Shown piece by piece: positions 10,598 to 23,059 of a stretch of DNA of 64,000 bases (position 1 is its first letter; every line of letters starts with the position of its first letter). The position numbers and the translations under genes were made by a program. The notes beneath the pieces are model-generated. The model saw only the letters and a list, made by a program, of their open reading frames with translations, had not been told where the DNA came from and did no database searches. Source of the stretch: an uncultured Acidimicrobiia bacterium (GTDB taxonomy: Bacteria; Actinomycetota; Acidimicrobiia; IMCC26256; PALSA-555); NCBI GenBank assembly GCA_963720675.1, contig CAVRGH010000004.1, forward strand, positions 135,531-199,530. The letters are read 5' to 3'.

Positions 10598-11805
10598 GCT
10601 GGGTGCTCGGGGCCGACCCGCTCCTCCAGGGCGACATCGACCTCACGGTCGTCCTGATCGTGATCGGCAAGACGATCGTCATCTTCGCCCTGCTCCTGAT
10701 CGGCGTCATGTTCTACGTGTGGTTCATGCGCAAGGTGATCGCCGACATGCAGAACCGCATCGGGCCGGCGACCGCGGGACCCTTCGGGATCCTGCAGACG
10801 CTCGCCGACGGCATCAAGCTGTTCTTCAAGGAGCAGTCGACGCCGAAGATGGCCGACAAGCGCGTCTACCTCCTCGCGCCGTACCTCTCCATCATCCCCG
10901 CGTTCCTCGCGTTCGCGATCGTGCCGATCGGTGGCACGGTCTCGATCGCCGGGCACGTCACCGAGCTGCAGCTCGCGGATCCGGCGATCGGGATCCTCTT
11001 CCTCCTGATGATGTCGGGCATCGGGCTCTACGGCGTGATGCTCGCCGGCTGGTCGTCGGGTTCCAAGTACCCGCTGATCGGGTCGGTGCGCGCGTCCGCG
11101 CAGCTGCTGTCCTACGAAGCCGCGCTCGGGCTCGCGATCGTCGGCGTGCTCATCCACACGGGCACGCTCTCGACGCGCGCGATCGTGAACCAGCAGGTGT
11201 GGACCGGCCTCGACTCCATCGTGAGCGAGTGGTACTGGCTCCCGGCGATCGGCGCCTTCATCATCTTCATCATCGCGGCGCTCGCCGAGACCAACCACCC
11301 GCCGTTCGACCTCGTCGAGGCCGAGCAGGAGCTCGTCGGTGGCTTCCACACGGAGTACACGGGCATCCGCTTCGCGCTCTTCTTCCTGGCCGAGTTCATG
11401 AACCTCATCACCATGTGCGCGATCGCGGTCACGCTCTTCCTCGGCGGACCGAACGGGCCGGGCCTCACCGGGCTCGGAGTCCCCGCCGACAGCTGGCTGA
11501 ACACGTGGGTCATGCCGATCTTCTGGTTCATGTTCAAGCTGCTCGTGCTGCTCTACGGCACGGTGTGGATCCGGGCGACGCTGCCCCGGCTCCGCTACGA
11601 CCAGCTGATGGACGTCAGCTGGAAGGTGCTCATCGAGGCCGCGTTCCTCTGGGCGATGGTCACGGGTGTGATCGTCGTCGGGCGCGACCAGGGGTGGAAC
11701 CTCTGGATCGTGACGCCCGCCGCGGCGCTCGGTGCACTGGTGATCTACGGGATCCTGATGGCCTGCGTCCCCCGGCGCGGCGAAGTGACTGAAGAGATCA
11801 AGTAG
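10594..11805 (+). CDS. nuoH: NADH-quinone oxidoreductase subunit H (operon 1)
   Basis: MQNRIGP, PFDLVEAEQEL, PRLRYDQLM. Confidence 0.96.
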   Translation: MSWVLGADPLLQGDIDLTVVLIVIGKTIVIFALLLIGVMFYVWFMRKVIADMQNRIGPATAGPFGILQTLADGIKLFFKEQSTPKMADKRVYLLAPYLSIIPAFLAFAIVPIGGTVSIAGHVTELQLADPAIGILFLLMMSGIGLYGVMLAGWSSGSKYPLIGSVRASAQLLSYEAALGLAIVGVLIHTGTLSTRAIVNQQVWTGLDSIVSEWYWLPAIGAFIIFIIAALAETNHPPFDLVEAEQELVGGFHTEYTGIRFALFFLAEFMNLITMCAIAVTLFLGGPNGPGLTGLGVPADSWLNTWVMPIFWFMFKLLVLLYGTVWIRATLPRLRYDQLMDVSWKVLIEAAFLWAMVTGVIVVGRDQGWNLWIVTPAAALGALVIYGILMACVPRRGEVTEEIK

Positions 11806-12459
11806 ATGGGGAAGTTCACGGGGTTCCGCGTCACCATCCAGCAGGTCTTCCGGAAGAAGCTCACCGGTGACTACCCGAAGCACAAGCGCCCGAAGCCGGA
11901 GCGCTTCCACGGTCGCCACGTCCTGAATCGCTACGAGGACGGCATGGAGAAGTGCATCGGATGCGAGCTGTGTGCCGGCGTGTGCCCGGCGAAGTGCATC
12001 TATGTGCGCGGCGCCGACAACCCACCTGACGCGCCCGTGTCACCGGGCGAGCGCTACGGCTTCGTCTACGAGATCAACTACCTCCGGTGCATCCACTGCG
12101 ACCTGTGCGTGGAGGCGTGCCCGACCGAGGCCATCACCGAGACGAAGCTGTTCGAGTTCTCGTTCGCCAACCGCGAGGACGCGATCTACACGAAGCGCGA
12201 GCTCGTCGTCGACGACAACGGACGGGCCCGCCGCCAGCCTTGGGAGCTGTGGCTCGGGGGAGAGGACGACCACACGAGCGCGTGGATGCGTGCCACTGCG
12301 CCTTCGGGCCAGGCCGCGTTCGAGGGCAAGGTCGCGTGGTCCGGTGAGCTGGGCTTCGGTGTGCGCGACCCCGAGCTCGGCCAGTCGGTCACGCCGGCTC
12401 TGACTGCTGCACCCACCGATGCCGAGGCGCAGGCCGATCCGGAGATCGACCTCGGGTGA
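11806..12459 (+). CDS. nuoI: NADH-quinone oxidoreductase subunit I (operon 1)
   Basis: Two CxxCxxCxxxCP motifs. Confidence 0.96.
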   Translation: MGKFTGFRVTIQQVFRKKLTGDYPKHKRPKPERFHGRHVLNRYEDGMEKCIGCELCAGVCPAKCIYVRGADNPPDAPVSPGERYGFVYEINYLRCIHCDLCVEACPTEAITETKLFEFSFANREDAIYTKRELVVDDNGRARRQPWELWLGGEDDHTSAWMRATAPSGQAAFEGKVAWSGELGFGVRDPELGQSVTPALTAAPTDAEAQADPEIDLG

Positions 12460-13025
12460 CGGTCTTCCTGTTCTTCCTGTTCGGCGGCCTGACGCTCGCC
12501 GGGGCGCTCGGCGTCGTGCTCTCGCGCAACCCGGTGCACTCGGCGCTCTTCCTCGTGCTGACGCTCCTGAGCGTCGCGGTCCTCTTCCTGCTCCAGGACG
12601 CGCAGCTCGTCGCGGCCGTGCAGGTGATCGTCTACGCCGGTGCCATCGTGGTGCTCTTCCTCTTCGTGATCATGCTGCTGGGCGTCGACCGGCGAGAGGC
12701 GCTCACCGAGGCGTTGCGCTTCCAGCGCCCGATCGCGCTCGCGCTCGGCGCGATCCTCCTGGCCGAGCTGCTCTTCCTCGGTGGCAACCAGTGGGCGACC
12801 GGAGCCAAGACCGTCAGCGGCGTACCCGTGAACGGCGGCGGCGACTTCGGCAACAACATCCAGCGCGTCGCACGGGTGCTGTTCACCGACTTCCTCTGGC
12901 CGTTCCAGCTCACCGCGGTCCTGCTCGTCATCGCCGTCGTCGGCAGCGTCGCCGTCGCGCGGCGCAGCGGCCAGTCTCCCGACCAGGCGCCCGACTCCGA
13001 CCCGAGCCGGGGGTCGACCCCGTGA
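12456..13025 (+). CDS. nuoJ: NADH-quinone oxidoreductase subunit J (operon 1)
   Basis: [29 protein letters not shown]. Confidence 0.95.
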   Translation: MTVFLFFLFGGLTLAGALGVVLSRNPVHSALFLVLTLLSVAVLFLLQDAQLVAAVQVIVYAGAIVVLFLFVIMLLGVDRREALTEALRFQRPIALALGAILLAELLFLGGNQWATGAKTVSGVPVNGGGDFGNNIQRVARVLFTDFLWPFQLTAVLLVIAVVGSVAVARRSGQSPDQAPDSDPSRGSTP

Positions 13026-13351
13026 GCAACCCCGTGCTGGCCGCGTTCGAGATCACGCCGACGTACTACCTCGTCCTCGCCGCGGGGCTGTTCACGATCG
13101 GGGCCGTCGGTGTGCTCGTCCGCCGCAACGTGCTCGTGATGTTCATGAGCGTCGAGCTGATGCTCAACGCGGTGAACCTGACGTTCGTGGCGTTCGCCTC
13201 GGCACTCAACGACACCGCCGGCCAGGTGCTGGTGTTCTTCACGCTCGTGGTCGCGGCCGCCGAGGTCGCGGTCGGACTCGCGATCATCGTCGCGATCTTC
13301 CGTCGCCGTCGCGGAGCGACCGCCGACGATCTCACGGTGCTGAAGGGATGA
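13022..13351 (+). CDS. nuoK: NADH-quinone oxidoreductase subunit K (operon 1)
   Basis: [26 protein letters not shown]; GTG start overlaps the nuoJ stop. Confidence 0.95.
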   Translation: MSNPVLAAFEITPTYYLVLAAGLFTIGAVGVLVRRNVLVMFMSVELMLNAVNLTFVAFASALNDTAGQVLVFFTLVVAAAEVAVGLAIIVAIFRRRRGATADDLTVLKG

Positions 13352-13355
13352 CGGC

Positions 13356-15446
13356 GTGAACGCGCACGATCTGCTCCAGACGGTCGGCATCGTGCCGCTG
13401 TTGCCGTTGCTCGGCGCGGTGCTGCTGCTGTGCTTCGGGAAGCGCATCGGCGAACCGCTCGCCGGCTGGATCGCGACCGGCCTCATGGGCCTCGCGTTCC
13501 TGTGGTCGCTCGTGATGCTCGCAGCGGCGCTGAGCCTTCCGCCCGACGAGCGGTCGGTGTCGACCGTGCTGTTCACCTGGCTCCCGGCGGATCAGCTCAA
13601 GGTCGACATGGCGTTCCTGGTCGACCCGCTCTCGATCACCTGGATCCTGCTCGTCACCGGCGTCGGGATGCTGATCCACATGTACGCGATCGGGTACATG
13701 CACGGAGATCCCGGGTTCGGTCGCTTCTTCGCGTACTTCAACCTGTTCGCGGCGTCGATGCTGATCCTGGTCCTCGGGAACAACTACCTGGTCACCTTCC
13801 TCGGGTGGGAAGGCGTGGGCGTCTGCTCGTACCTCCTCATCTCGTTCTGGAACCAGCGGGAGAGCGCGGCCCTCGGCGGCAAGAAGGCGTTCATCTACAA
13901 CCGCGTCGGTGACTTCGGGTTCATGCTCGCGATGTTCCTGTTGATCGCGGAGTTCGGCACGCTCGACTACGGCGCGACCTCACAGGCCGCGGCGACCGCG
14001 GCCGGTGGCGTGGTGACGGCCGTCGCGCTCCTCCTCTTTCTCGCGGTCACCGGGAAGAGCGCACAGATCCCGCTCTTCCCGTGGCTCGCCGACGCGATGG
14101 AAGGTCCGACACCCGTCTCCGCGCTCATCCACGCGGCGACGATGGTGACCGCCGGGATCTTCCTCGTCGCACGAACCCACGCGTTCTTCGACGCGAGCCA
14201 GGACGCCTCCACGGTCGTCGCATGGATCGGCGGGCTCACCGCGTTGCTCGCGGGGACGGTCGCCTGCCTCCAACCCGACATCAAGCGCGCGCTGGCGTAC
14301 TCGACGATCAGCCAGCTCGGGTACATGGTCCTCGCGCTGGGTTTGCACGCGTACACGGCCGCGGTGTTCCTCGTCCTGATGCACGCGTTCTACAAGGGCT
14401 GCCTGTTCCTCGGTGCCGGGTCGGTCATCCACGGCAACGACGAGAACCAGGACATGCGGGTCATGGGCCGCCTCAGGGGTTTCCTCCCGGTGACTGCTGC
14501 GGGGATGGTGATCGCGTGGCTCGCCATCACCGGGGTCCCGCCGTTCGCCGGCTTCTGGTCGAAGGACCTCGTGATCGAGTCGGCGTTCGAGGCCGGCGAC
14601 TACGGGCTGTGGGTGACGGCGACGCTCGCGGCCGTCATGACCGGTCTGTACATGACGCGGCTCATCTACCTCACGTTCTTCGGCAACGCTCGCTTCAACG
14701 ATCTGCCCCAGCCCGACGCGGTCCCCTCGGTCAGCGGGGGCTCCGACGACGACGCCGCGGTTGCGGTCGCCGATCCCGACGCCGCTGTGTACACGGAGGC
14801 CGACCTCGGGTACGACCCGGACTTCTCGCCGACCGTCGACTACCGCGAGCCGGCACGCGCACCCCGGCTGCACGGCCACGAGCCGCACGAGAGTCCGACG
14901 GTGATGCTCGTCCCCATCGGCGTGCTCGCGTTCCTCGCCGCCATCGGCGGCCTGCTCAACCTGCCGATCCAGGGCCTCGAGTTCCTCGGCGAGTGGCTCG
15001 ACCCGGTGTTCCAGGGGGTCGACCAGCCCCACCCGTCGAGCTTCGACGAAGGGTTGGCGCTCACCGGCATCGCGTTCCTGTTCGCGGCGATCGGTATCGG
15101 CATCGCGTACCTCATCTACCGACGCGGGCTGCGGGCTCCGAACGACGACCCGTTGCGCAAGAACCTCGGAAGCGGCGCGAACGTGGCGGGGAACGCCTAC
15201 TACCTCGACTCCGGGGTCTCGGCGTTCGTCGACAAGCCCGGACGGGCGACCGCCGGCTTCCTCGACGAGACGGTCGACACCAAGGTCATCGACGGCAGCG
15301 TCAACGGGGTCGGGCACCTCGTGAAGCGCGCCGGTGACGGTCTGCGCGCGGTGCAGGACGGCCACGTTCGTCGCTACGCGATCGGCATCGTGCTCGGCGC
15401 GACCGCGTTGCTCATGTACCTCCTCGTCTACGTGGCGCGCTCGAGC
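13356..15446 (+). CDS. nuoL: NADH-quinone oxidoreductase subunit L (operon 1); reads in frame into nuoM as sequenced
   Basis: WEGVG, GKSAQIPL..WLADAMEGPTPVSALIHAATMV; no stop before the nuoM ATG. Confidence 0.92.
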
Positions 15447-17048
15447 ATGGGCGACTTCCCGATCCTCTCCGCGATCATCGTCACGCCCCTGATCGGTGGG
15501 ATCATCGTGATGTTCCTCCCGGCCGAGCGGCCCGAGGTCATCAAGGCGGTCGGCTACCTGTTCACGATCGCGACGCTCGCACTGAGCCTCTGGATGCTCT
15601 GGGAGTTCTCGACGACCGACTACTTCTTCCAGTTCGTCGAGGACCACGCCTGGATCCCCGGCATCGGCACGCGCTACATCGTCGGCGTCGACGGCATCAG
15701 CCTCTTCATGATCGTGATCACGGCGGTGCTCATGCCGATCGGGTTGGTCGCGTCGGCGAAGTACCCCACGCATCGGCCGAAGGCGTTCGTGGCGTGGTTC
15801 CTGGTCCTCGAGTTCACGATCATGGGCGTCTTCCTCTCCCTGGACCTCATCCTCTTCTTCGTGTTCTGGGAGCTGCTGCTCGTCCCCATGTACTTCCTGA
15901 TCCAGGGCTGGGGGCACGAGCGCAAGAACTACGCCGCCACCAAGTTCTTCCTGTACACGGCCGCCGGTTCGGCGCTGATGTTCGCGAGCATCCTGACGCT
16001 CGGCTTCCTCCACCAGTCCGACACGGGTGTCCTCTCGTTCGACTACCGCGTGCTCGCGGAGTGGGGCTGGACCGGGCTCGGCGGGACCACCGAGGTGCTC
16101 CTGTTCCTCGGGTTCATGGCCGCCTTCGCGATCAAGGCACCGTTGTTCCCGTTCCACACCTGGCTCCCCGACGTGCACACCGAGGCCCCCACGGCGGGAT
16201 CAGTCGTCCTGGCCGGCGTGATCATCAAGATGGGTGCCTACGGGCTGCTGCGGTTCTCCTTCGAGCTGTTCCCGCAGGCCTCGGTCGACCTGGCGCCGGT
16301 GATGCTCACCCTCGGCGTGATCGGCATCGTCTACGGGGCAGTCGTCGCCGCGATGCAGAAGAACGCGAAACGGGTGATCGCCTATTCATCCGTCGCGCAC
16401 ATGGGCTTCATCGTGCTCGGGATCTTCTCGCTCACGGTGTTCGGGCTCGATGGCGCGGTGTTCACGATGCTGAGCCATCCGCTCACCACCGGCGCACTGT
16501 TCCTCACGGTCGGCTTCCTGTACGAGCGGCGCCACACCTACGAGATGGCCGAGTACGGCGGCATCTGGAAGTCCGCGCCGATCCTCACCGCGATGTTCAT
16601 GATCGCGATGTTCGCCGGCATCGGCCTGCCCGGGTTCTCCGGCTTCATCGGCGAGTTCCTGTCGCTCCTCGGGACGTTCGTGTCCGAGCGACCCTGGGCC
16701 GTGGTCGGTGCGACCGGGGTGATCCTCGCGTCGGTCTACATGCTGTGGTCGTTCCAGAAGGTCTTCACCGGCAAGCCGAACCCACGGCATCCGAAGCTCA
16801 AGGATCTGCACCTGCGTGAGATCGCCGTGGTCGCGCCCCTGCTCGCGCTCAGCCTCTTCCTCGGTCTCTACCCGAAGCCGGCGCTGGACCGCATCGAGCC
16901 CTCGGTGCAGCGGTCGATCGTGAACCTCCAGCTCAAGACCGACTACAAGGAGACGCGACCCGCGGGCTCTGACGAGACCGAGCTCCATGGCGTCAAGCCG
17001 GGTGCCTCGGTCCACCTGGGTCGCACCGGGCGCGGGGGGCAGCAGTGA
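15447..17048 (+). CDS. nuoM: NADH-quinone oxidoreductase subunit M (operon 1)
   Basis: MGDFPILS start, GVDGISL, FPFHTWLPDVHTEAPT, AYSSVAHMG. Confidence 0.93.
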   Translation: MGDFPILSAIIVTPLIGGIIVMFLPAERPEVIKAVGYLFTIATLALSLWMLWEFSTTDYFFQFVEDHAWIPGIGTRYIVGVDGISLFMIVITAVLMPIGLVASAKYPTHRPKAFVAWFLVLEFTIMGVFLSLDLILFFVFWELLLVPMYFLIQGWGHERKNYAATKFFLYTAAGSALMFASILTLGFLHQSDTGVLSFDYRVLAEWGWTGLGGTTEVLLFLGFMAAFAIKAPLFPFHTWLPDVHTEAPTAGSVVLAGVIIKMGAYGLLRFSFELFPQASVDLAPVMLTLGVIGIVYGAVVAAMQKNAKRVIAYSSVAHMGFIVLGIFSLTVFGLDGAVFTMLSHPLTTGALFLTVGFLYERRHTYEMAEYGGIWKSAPILTAMFMIAMFAGIGLPGFSGFIGEFLSLLGTFVSERPWAVVGATGVILASVYMLWSFQKVFTGKPNPRHPKLKDLHLREIAVVAPLLALSLFLGLYPKPALDRIEPSVQRSIVNLQLKTDYKETRPAGSDETELHGVKPGASVHLGRTGRGGQQ

Positions 17049-18578
17049 TGCTCGGTTCCCTGCCCCTCGGCGTCACTCCGATCGTCACGCCCGACGTCGA
17101 CTGGCTCGCGATCAGCCCCGTCATCGCGCTCGCGGCGGCGGGCATCCTCATCGTGCTCTCGAAGGCGCTGCTGCGTGGCCACCGCGCCGCGATGCCGGTC
17201 GCGGTCGTGCTCGCCTTCGCCGGGGTCATCGCTGCCGGCGTCCTGGAGCTCATCCTCTGGAACGACGTCCACGACGACGGTGCGATCACGACGGTCGCCG
17301 GGATGGTGCGGGTCGACCCGTTCGGTGTGTTCCTCGGCGTCGTGGTGGTGATCGCCACGTTCCTCGCCGTCCTGCTCTCGATCGCGTACCTCCGGCGTGA
17401 GGGTCTGGAGAGCTCCGAGTACCTCGGGCTGCTCCTCCTCTCGGGGGCCGGGATGCTCGCGATGACGACGGCCAACGACCTCATCGTGGTGTTCCTCGCG
17501 CTCGAGGTCCTGTCGATCCCGCTCTACGTGCTCGCAGCCTTCGACCGGCGGCGCGGCATCCTCGCAGGAGGCGGGCATCAAGTACTTCGTGCTCGGCGCG
17601 TTCTCGTCGGCCGTCTTCTTGTACGGCGTCGCGCTCACCTACGGGGCGACGGGCACGACGTCGCTCACGGGGATCCACGACTTCCTCGCCCAGAACACGC
17701 TGCTGGAGCAGGGGACCCTCCTCGCCGGGTTCGCGCTCCTCCTCGTCGGCCTGGGCTTCAAGGTCGCGGCGGTGCCGTTCCACATGTGGACGCCCGACGT
17801 GTACCAGGGCGCTCCGACGCCGATCACCGCCTTCATGTCGGCGGCGGTCAAGGCCGCGGCGTTCGCCGCGCTGCTGCGGGTGTTCGGGGTGGCGTTCCCG
17901 CTCTACAGCACCGACTGGAAGCCGGCGATCATCACCCTGTCGGTGCTGTCGCTCGTCGTCGGGAGCGTGGCCGCGGTCGTCCAGACCGACATCAAGCGCA
18001 TGTTGGCGTACTCGTCGATCGCTCATGCCGGGTATGTGTTGATGGGCTTCGCCGACAACACGGCGCGGGGTCGCGAGGCCGCGCTCTTCTACCTGTTCGT
18101 GTACACGTTCATGTCGATCGGCGCGTTCGCGGTGATCACGCTCGCGACGCGCAAGGGCGACGACAGCCACGAGCTCGACGACTACCGGGGCCTCGCGCTG
18201 CGGCGCCCGGTGCTCGGCGGGTTCCTGATCTTCTTCGTGCTGGCCCAGGCGGGGATCCCGCTCACCGGAGGGTTCGTCGCGAAGCTCGAGATCTTCTCGG
18301 CGACGGCTCGCGCCGAGCAGTACGGCCTGCTGATCGTCGGTGTGCTCGCGGCGGTCGTGACGGCGTTCTTCTACCTGCGGATCTCGATGACGCTGCTCAG
18401 CTCGCCGGAGGGTGACGCGGAGATGCCGGCGGAGGAGCCGGGGCGGTCGGTGGTGCTGCGCCGGGTCGACGCCTGCAGCGCCGTAGTCCTGGTCGCGACC
18501 GGCGTGATGGTGCTCTGGATCGGTGTCGCCCCCGACATGTTCGTCCAATGGGCGAGGGACGCCACCTTCCTCCTGTGA
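17045..18578 (+). CDS. nuoN: NADH-quinone oxidoreductase subunit N (operon 1), one frameshift near 17554
   Basis: FLALEVLSIPLYVL, then shifted frame EAGIKYFVLG..PFHMWTPDVYQGAP..KRMLAYSSIAHAGY. Confidence 0.92.
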
Positions 18579-18583
18579 CGGGA

Positions 18584-18621
18584 TGCGTCTCTCACCCGGG
18601 TATCCCGGGGTGAGAGACGCA
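18584..18621. terminator. Long hairpin after nuoN1 (terminator/REP-like)
   Basis: tgcgtctctcacccggg-tat-cccgg(g)gtgagagacgca, ~17-bp stem starting a few nt after the stop. Confidence 0.65.
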
Positions 18622-18685
18622 GGTCCACCAGTGTTGGCCCGTTCGGTGCTCGACACGGACGTTGGACGCGGGGGAGGCTCGACGG

Positions 18686-20324
18686 ATGCCTGAACAGCCG
18701 TCCCAGAAGATCAACGAGACACCCGAGTGGCAGGCCCTCGAGGCCCACTTCGAGCAGGCGCGCGACGTCCACCTGCGCGACCTGTTCGCCGGCGACCCCA
18801 CCCGCGGGGAGGCGATGACGGTCGAGGCGGGCGATCTCTACCTCGACTACTCGAAGAACCGGCTGACGCCCGAGACGATCGCGCTGCTGATCGCGCTCGC
18901 CCGTCGGGCCGACGTCGAGGGCTTGCGGGACGCGATGTTCGCCGGCGAGAAGATCAACATCACCGAGCAGCGTGCAGTGCTCCACGTCGCGTTGCGCGCC
19001 CCCGAAGGCGAACAGATCCTCGTCGACGGGGTCGACGTCGTGCCCGAGGTGCATCGCGTCCTCGACAGAGATGGCCGACTTCTCCAACCGCGTCCGCTCC
19101 GGCGACTGGAAGGGCCACACCGGCAAGACGATCCGCAACGTCGTCAATGTCGGGATCGGCGGCAGCGATCTCGGCCCCCGCATGGCCTACGAGGCGCTCA
19201 AGGATTTCAGCCGTCGCGACATGACGTTCCGGTTCGTCTCGAACGTCGATGGGAACGACTTCTGGGAGGCGACCGCCGACCTCGATCCGGAAGAGACGCT
19301 CTTCATCATCGCCTCGAAGACGTTCACGACGCTCGAGACGATGACCAACGCGCGCTCGGCGCGGGAGTGGTCGCTCGCGAAGCTCGGCGACGATGCCGCG
19401 GTCGCGAAGCACTTCGTCGCGGTCTCGACCAACGCCGACGAGGTGGCGAAGTTCGGGATCGACACCGCGAACATGTTCGAGTTCTGGGACTGGGTCGGTG
19501 GACGGTACTCCTACGACTCCGCCATCGGGCTCTCGCTGATGCTCTCCATCGGCCCCGAGGCCTTCCACGACATGCTCGCCGGCTTCCGCACGATCGACGA
19601 GCACTTCCGCACCACCCCGATCGAGTCGAACCTGCCGATGCTCCTCGGGCTCATCGGCATCTGGTACGACAACTTCTTCGGCGCCGAGACGGTCGCGATC
19701 CTGCCGTACAACAACTACCTGTCGAAGTTCAGCGCCTACCTGCAGCAGCTCGACATGGAGAGCGACGGCAAGTCGGTCGACCGCCAGGGCAACCCGGTCG
19801 ACTGGCAGACCGGCCCGATCGTGTGGGGCCAACCGGGGACCAACGGCCAGCACGCGTACTACCAGCTGATCCACCAGGGTACGAAGCTCATCCCCGCCGA
19901 CTTCCTCGCCTGCTGTGAACCCGCGCACCAGGTCGGCGATCACCAGAACCTGCTGATGGCCAACTTCTTCGCCCAGCCCCAGGCGCTCGCGTTCGGGAAG
20001 ACCGCCGCGGAGGTGGCCGCCGAAGGGGTGCCCGCCGCACAGGTTCCGCACCGCACGTTTGCCGGCAACCACCCGACGAACTCGATCCTGGTCACGAAGC
20101 TGACGCCGAACACCCTCGGCCAGCTCGTTGCGATGTACGAGCACAAGGTCTTCACCCAGGGTGCGATCTGGAACATCAACAGCTTCGACCAGTGGGGCGT
20201 CGAGCTCGGCAAGAAGCTCGCGATGGACATCGTGCCGGAGCTCGACGCGATCGATGAACCCGAGCTCGCGCACGACTCGTCGACGAACGCGCTGATCCGC
20301 CGCTACCGCCGCCGACGCGTCTGA
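18686..20324 (+). CDS. pgi: Glucose-6-phosphate isomerase, frameshift near 19068
   Basis: [43 protein letters not shown]. Confidence 0.95.
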
Positions 20325-20337
20325 TCGACCGCGGGGC

Positions 20338-21225
20338 TCAGCTCGCGAGGCGCTTCCACCACCGGCGCTTGCGCTGCCGACCCGGGCGTTCGGCGAGATC
20401 GTCGAGGGCCTGGACCGTGAGGTCATACGCACCCTGGATCAGCTCCGCGGCGCCGGAGAAGTCGAGGAAGTCGCGGTCGTCGCGCGGCGGTGGGAGCACG
20501 ACCACCTCGATCTCCTTCGGTACCCACTGGAGCTCGAGCTCGAACCGCTGGTCGCGAGAGATCGCGAACGCGCGCACGGCGACGTCGAGCGGTGATCGGA
20601 TCGGGCGGTCGCTGATCGGGTCGGAGACGTCGAGCACGAAGATGCGGTCGATCGGCCCGGCGAGGGCGTGCGAGATCGGTACGAGGTTCACGACCGCGCC
20701 GTCGACGAGCGTGTGGCCGTTGAGCACCACCGGCGGGAAGAGCCCGGGCAGCGCGGAGCTGGCCAGCAGCGCAGCGGGAAGGTCGCCCCGAACGATGACG
20801 TGCTCGTCGCCGGTGATGAGGTCGGAGGCGACCACCCGGAGGGGGATCTGAAGATCGGCGAACGAGGACGCGACCCCCACGCGGTCGATCAACGACGTGA
20901 GTCCGTCGGCCGGGATCAGGTGGTCGTCGCGCCGGAGCAGGTTCCAGGCCCGGCGCAACGTGTTGCCCGGGAAGACCTCGTCGCCCTTGAGGGTGCACCA
21001 GACGCTCTCGAGGTGGTCGACCTGGGCCAGGGTCGGTGCCGTGGCGATGACCGAACCGTTGAGCGCACCGACCGAGGTCCCGATGATCACGTCCGGTCGG
21101 ATTCCCCGCTCGAGCAGGGCGCGGAGCATGCCGACCTGGCTGACGCCCTGGTTGCCCCCGCCCGAGAGGACGAACGCGGTGATCGGTCCGGTCCGGTCCC
21201 GGACGGCTCGCAGGGTGGCAGTCAT
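20338..21225 (-). CDS. Patatin-like phospholipase family protein
   Basis: [13 protein letters not shown] (GxSxG), VDGA; AGGAGG RBS upstream of the ATG at 21225. Confidence 0.9.
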   Translation of the reverse strand: MTATLRAVRDRTGPITAFVLSGGGNQGVSQVGMLRALLERGIRPDVIIGTSVGALNGSVIATAPTLAQVDHLESVWCTLKGDEVFPGNTLRRAWNLLRRDDHLIPADGLTSLIDRVGVASSFADLQIPLRVVASDLITGDEHVIVRGDLPAALLASSALPGLFPPVVLNGHTLVDGAVVNLVPISHALAGPIDRIFVLDVSDPISDRPIRSPLDVAVRAFAISRDQRFELELQWVPKEIEVVVLPPPRDDRDFLDFSGAAELIQGAYDLTVQALDDLAERPGRQRKRRWWKRLAS

Positions 21226-21421
21226 CGGTCCTCCTCGCCCGATGAGATCGTCGCGCATCCGGGGCCGGATCCCGGACCCGACCCCCGGATCCGACCCAGG
21301 ATCTGGGCACCGGGATCCCGAGATCCGTGGTCAGGAACCGACCCTTCGGTTTGTGGCTGCCGAGAATCCGCTGGGTATGCTCCGGGCGCACCGGCCTCGG
21401 GGGAGGGAAGGCACCAGCGCC

Positions 21422-21784
21422 GTGACGGAGTTCTACCGGGAGTACCTCGCGGTCGCGCTGTTGATCGTGGCTGCGATGCTCATGGTCGGCGCGATGCTCG
21501 GCTTGGGTCGCCTCGTGCGTCCCAACCGCCCGCAGTCCGAGAAGTACATCACCTACGAGGCGGGTTCGGACCCGGTCGGCGGCTGGGGCCAGTCGAACGT
21601 CCGCTACTACGTCTACGCGCTGCTCTTCGTCATCTTCGACGTCGAAGCCGTGTTCATCTTCCCGTGGGCCGTCAACCTCGAGTCGCTCGGGGTCTTCGGG
21701 CTCGTCGAGATGATCGCGTTCATCGCGATCCTCGCGTTCGGTCTCGTCTATGCGTGGCGAAAGGGAGTGCTGCGGTGGGCCTGA
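21422..21784 (+). CDS. nuoA: NuoA-like subunit (operon 2)
   Basis: [32 protein letters not shown]; GTG start with RBS and TATGCT -10-like box at 21376. Confidence 0.94.
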   Translation: MTEFYREYLAVALLIVAAMLMVGAMLGLGRLVRPNRPQSEKYITYEAGSDPVGGWGQSNVRYYVYALLFVIFDVEAVFIFPWAVNLESLGVFGLVEMIAFIAILAFGLVYAWRKGVLRWA

Positions 21785-22290
21785 TCGAGAGCGGGCGGAT
21801 GCCGAAGCCGCTCACCCACCTCCTCAACTACAGCCGCAAGTACTCGCTCTGGATGTTCCAGTGGGGACTCGCGTGCTGCGCGATCGAGATGGGCGCCGCA
21901 CTGGCGAGCCCGCGCTACGACATGATGCGCCTCGGCGTCATCCCCTTTCCCGCCAGCCCGCGCCAGGCCGACCTCGTCGTCATCTCCGGCACCGTCACCG
22001 ACAAGATGGCCCCGGCGATCAAGCGGCTCTACGAGCAGATGCCCGACCCGAAGTACGTCATCTCGATGGGCTCGTGCGCGAACTGCGGCGGCCCGTACTG
22101 GGACTCGTACTCGGTCACGAAGGGCGTCGACCAGGTGATCCCGGTCGACATCTACGTGCCCGGCTGTCCGCCCCGTCCCGAGGCGCTGTTGCAGGCGATC
22201 GTCATGCTGCAGGAGCGGATCCAGCACGAGGGCATCGACAACGACCAGCTGGCCAAGCGTTGGCGCGGGGAGCCGATCACCGTTGCCTGA
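21775..22290 (+). CDS. nuoB: NuoB-like subunit (operon 2)
   Basis: [26 protein letters not shown]. Confidence 0.95.
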   Translation: MGLIESGRMPKPLTHLLNYSRKYSLWMFQWGLACCAIEMGAALASPRYDMMRLGVIPFPASPRQADLVVISGTVTDKMAPAIKRLYEQMPDPKYVISMGSCANCGGPYWDSYSVTKGVDQVIPVDIYVPGCPPRPEALLQAIVMLQERIQHEGIDNDQLAKRWRGEPITVA

Positions 22291-23059
22291 CGACATGACG
22301 ACGCCGGTGAGCGAGCGACCCGAAGGGTCGGACGGGGTACCCCCGTCCGAAGCGAGCGAGCCCATCGAGGAGGACGCTGCGGCCGCGCCCGAAGCCGAGG
22401 CCACCCCGGAGCCGCCGGCGCTCAGCGAGCGGCAGGAGGCCGTGCTGTCCCGCGTCGCCGAGCACCTCGGCGACGCGGTCATCGAGGCGCTGCCCGTGTT
22501 CGACGACGTCGTCGTCCGCGTGCGGCACGACGCGTGGCGCCAGGCGGCCGAGGTCGCGAAGACGCAGATGGACTGCGACTACCTCTCGTTCATCGCCGGG
22601 ATCGACTGGTCGCCGGCGCCGAAGGAGGGTGGCGACGACGCCGGGAGCGACACCTCCTCCCCGGTGCAGCCCACCGAGATGACGTTCGGCGCCGCCGGCT
22701 CGGCGGGCCGGTTCCAGGTCTTCGCGCACGTGCAGTCGACCCACCGCCACTGGGGCGTCACGTTCAAGGTCGACCTCGACGAGGCCGAACCGCGCGTGGC
22801 GTCGTGGGTCCCGGTGTACCCGGGCGCCGACTGGCACGAGCGGGAGTGCTGGGAGATGTACGGGTTCGTGTTCGACGGGCACCCGAGCCTCCGCGGCCTC
22901 TACCTCCCGGCCGAGTTCGAGGGGCACCCGCTCCGCAAGGACTTCCCACTGCTCGCCCGGGTCGTGAAGCCGTGGCCCGGCCTCGTCGACGTCGAGGGCA
23001 TGCCCGATGAGCCGGAGGACGCGGCCGACGCTGCGGCAACCGAAGAGGCCGGCGCATGA
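22283..23059 (+). CDS. nuoC: NuoC-like subunit (operon 2)
   Basis: [26 protein letters not shown]; start uncertain (22283 or 22295). Confidence 0.92.
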   Translation: MPDDMTTPVSERPEGSDGVPPSEASEPIEEDAAAAPEAEATPEPPALSERQEAVLSRVAEHLGDAVIEALPVFDDVVVRVRHDAWRQAAEVAKTQMDCDYLSFIAGIDWSPAPKEGGDDAGSDTSSPVQPTEMTFGAAGSAGRFQVFAHVQSTHRHWGVTFKVDLDEAEPRVASWVPVYPGADWHERECWEMYGFVFDGHPSLRGLYLPAEFEGHPLRKDFPLLARVVKPWPGLVDVEGMPDEPEDAADAAATEEAGA

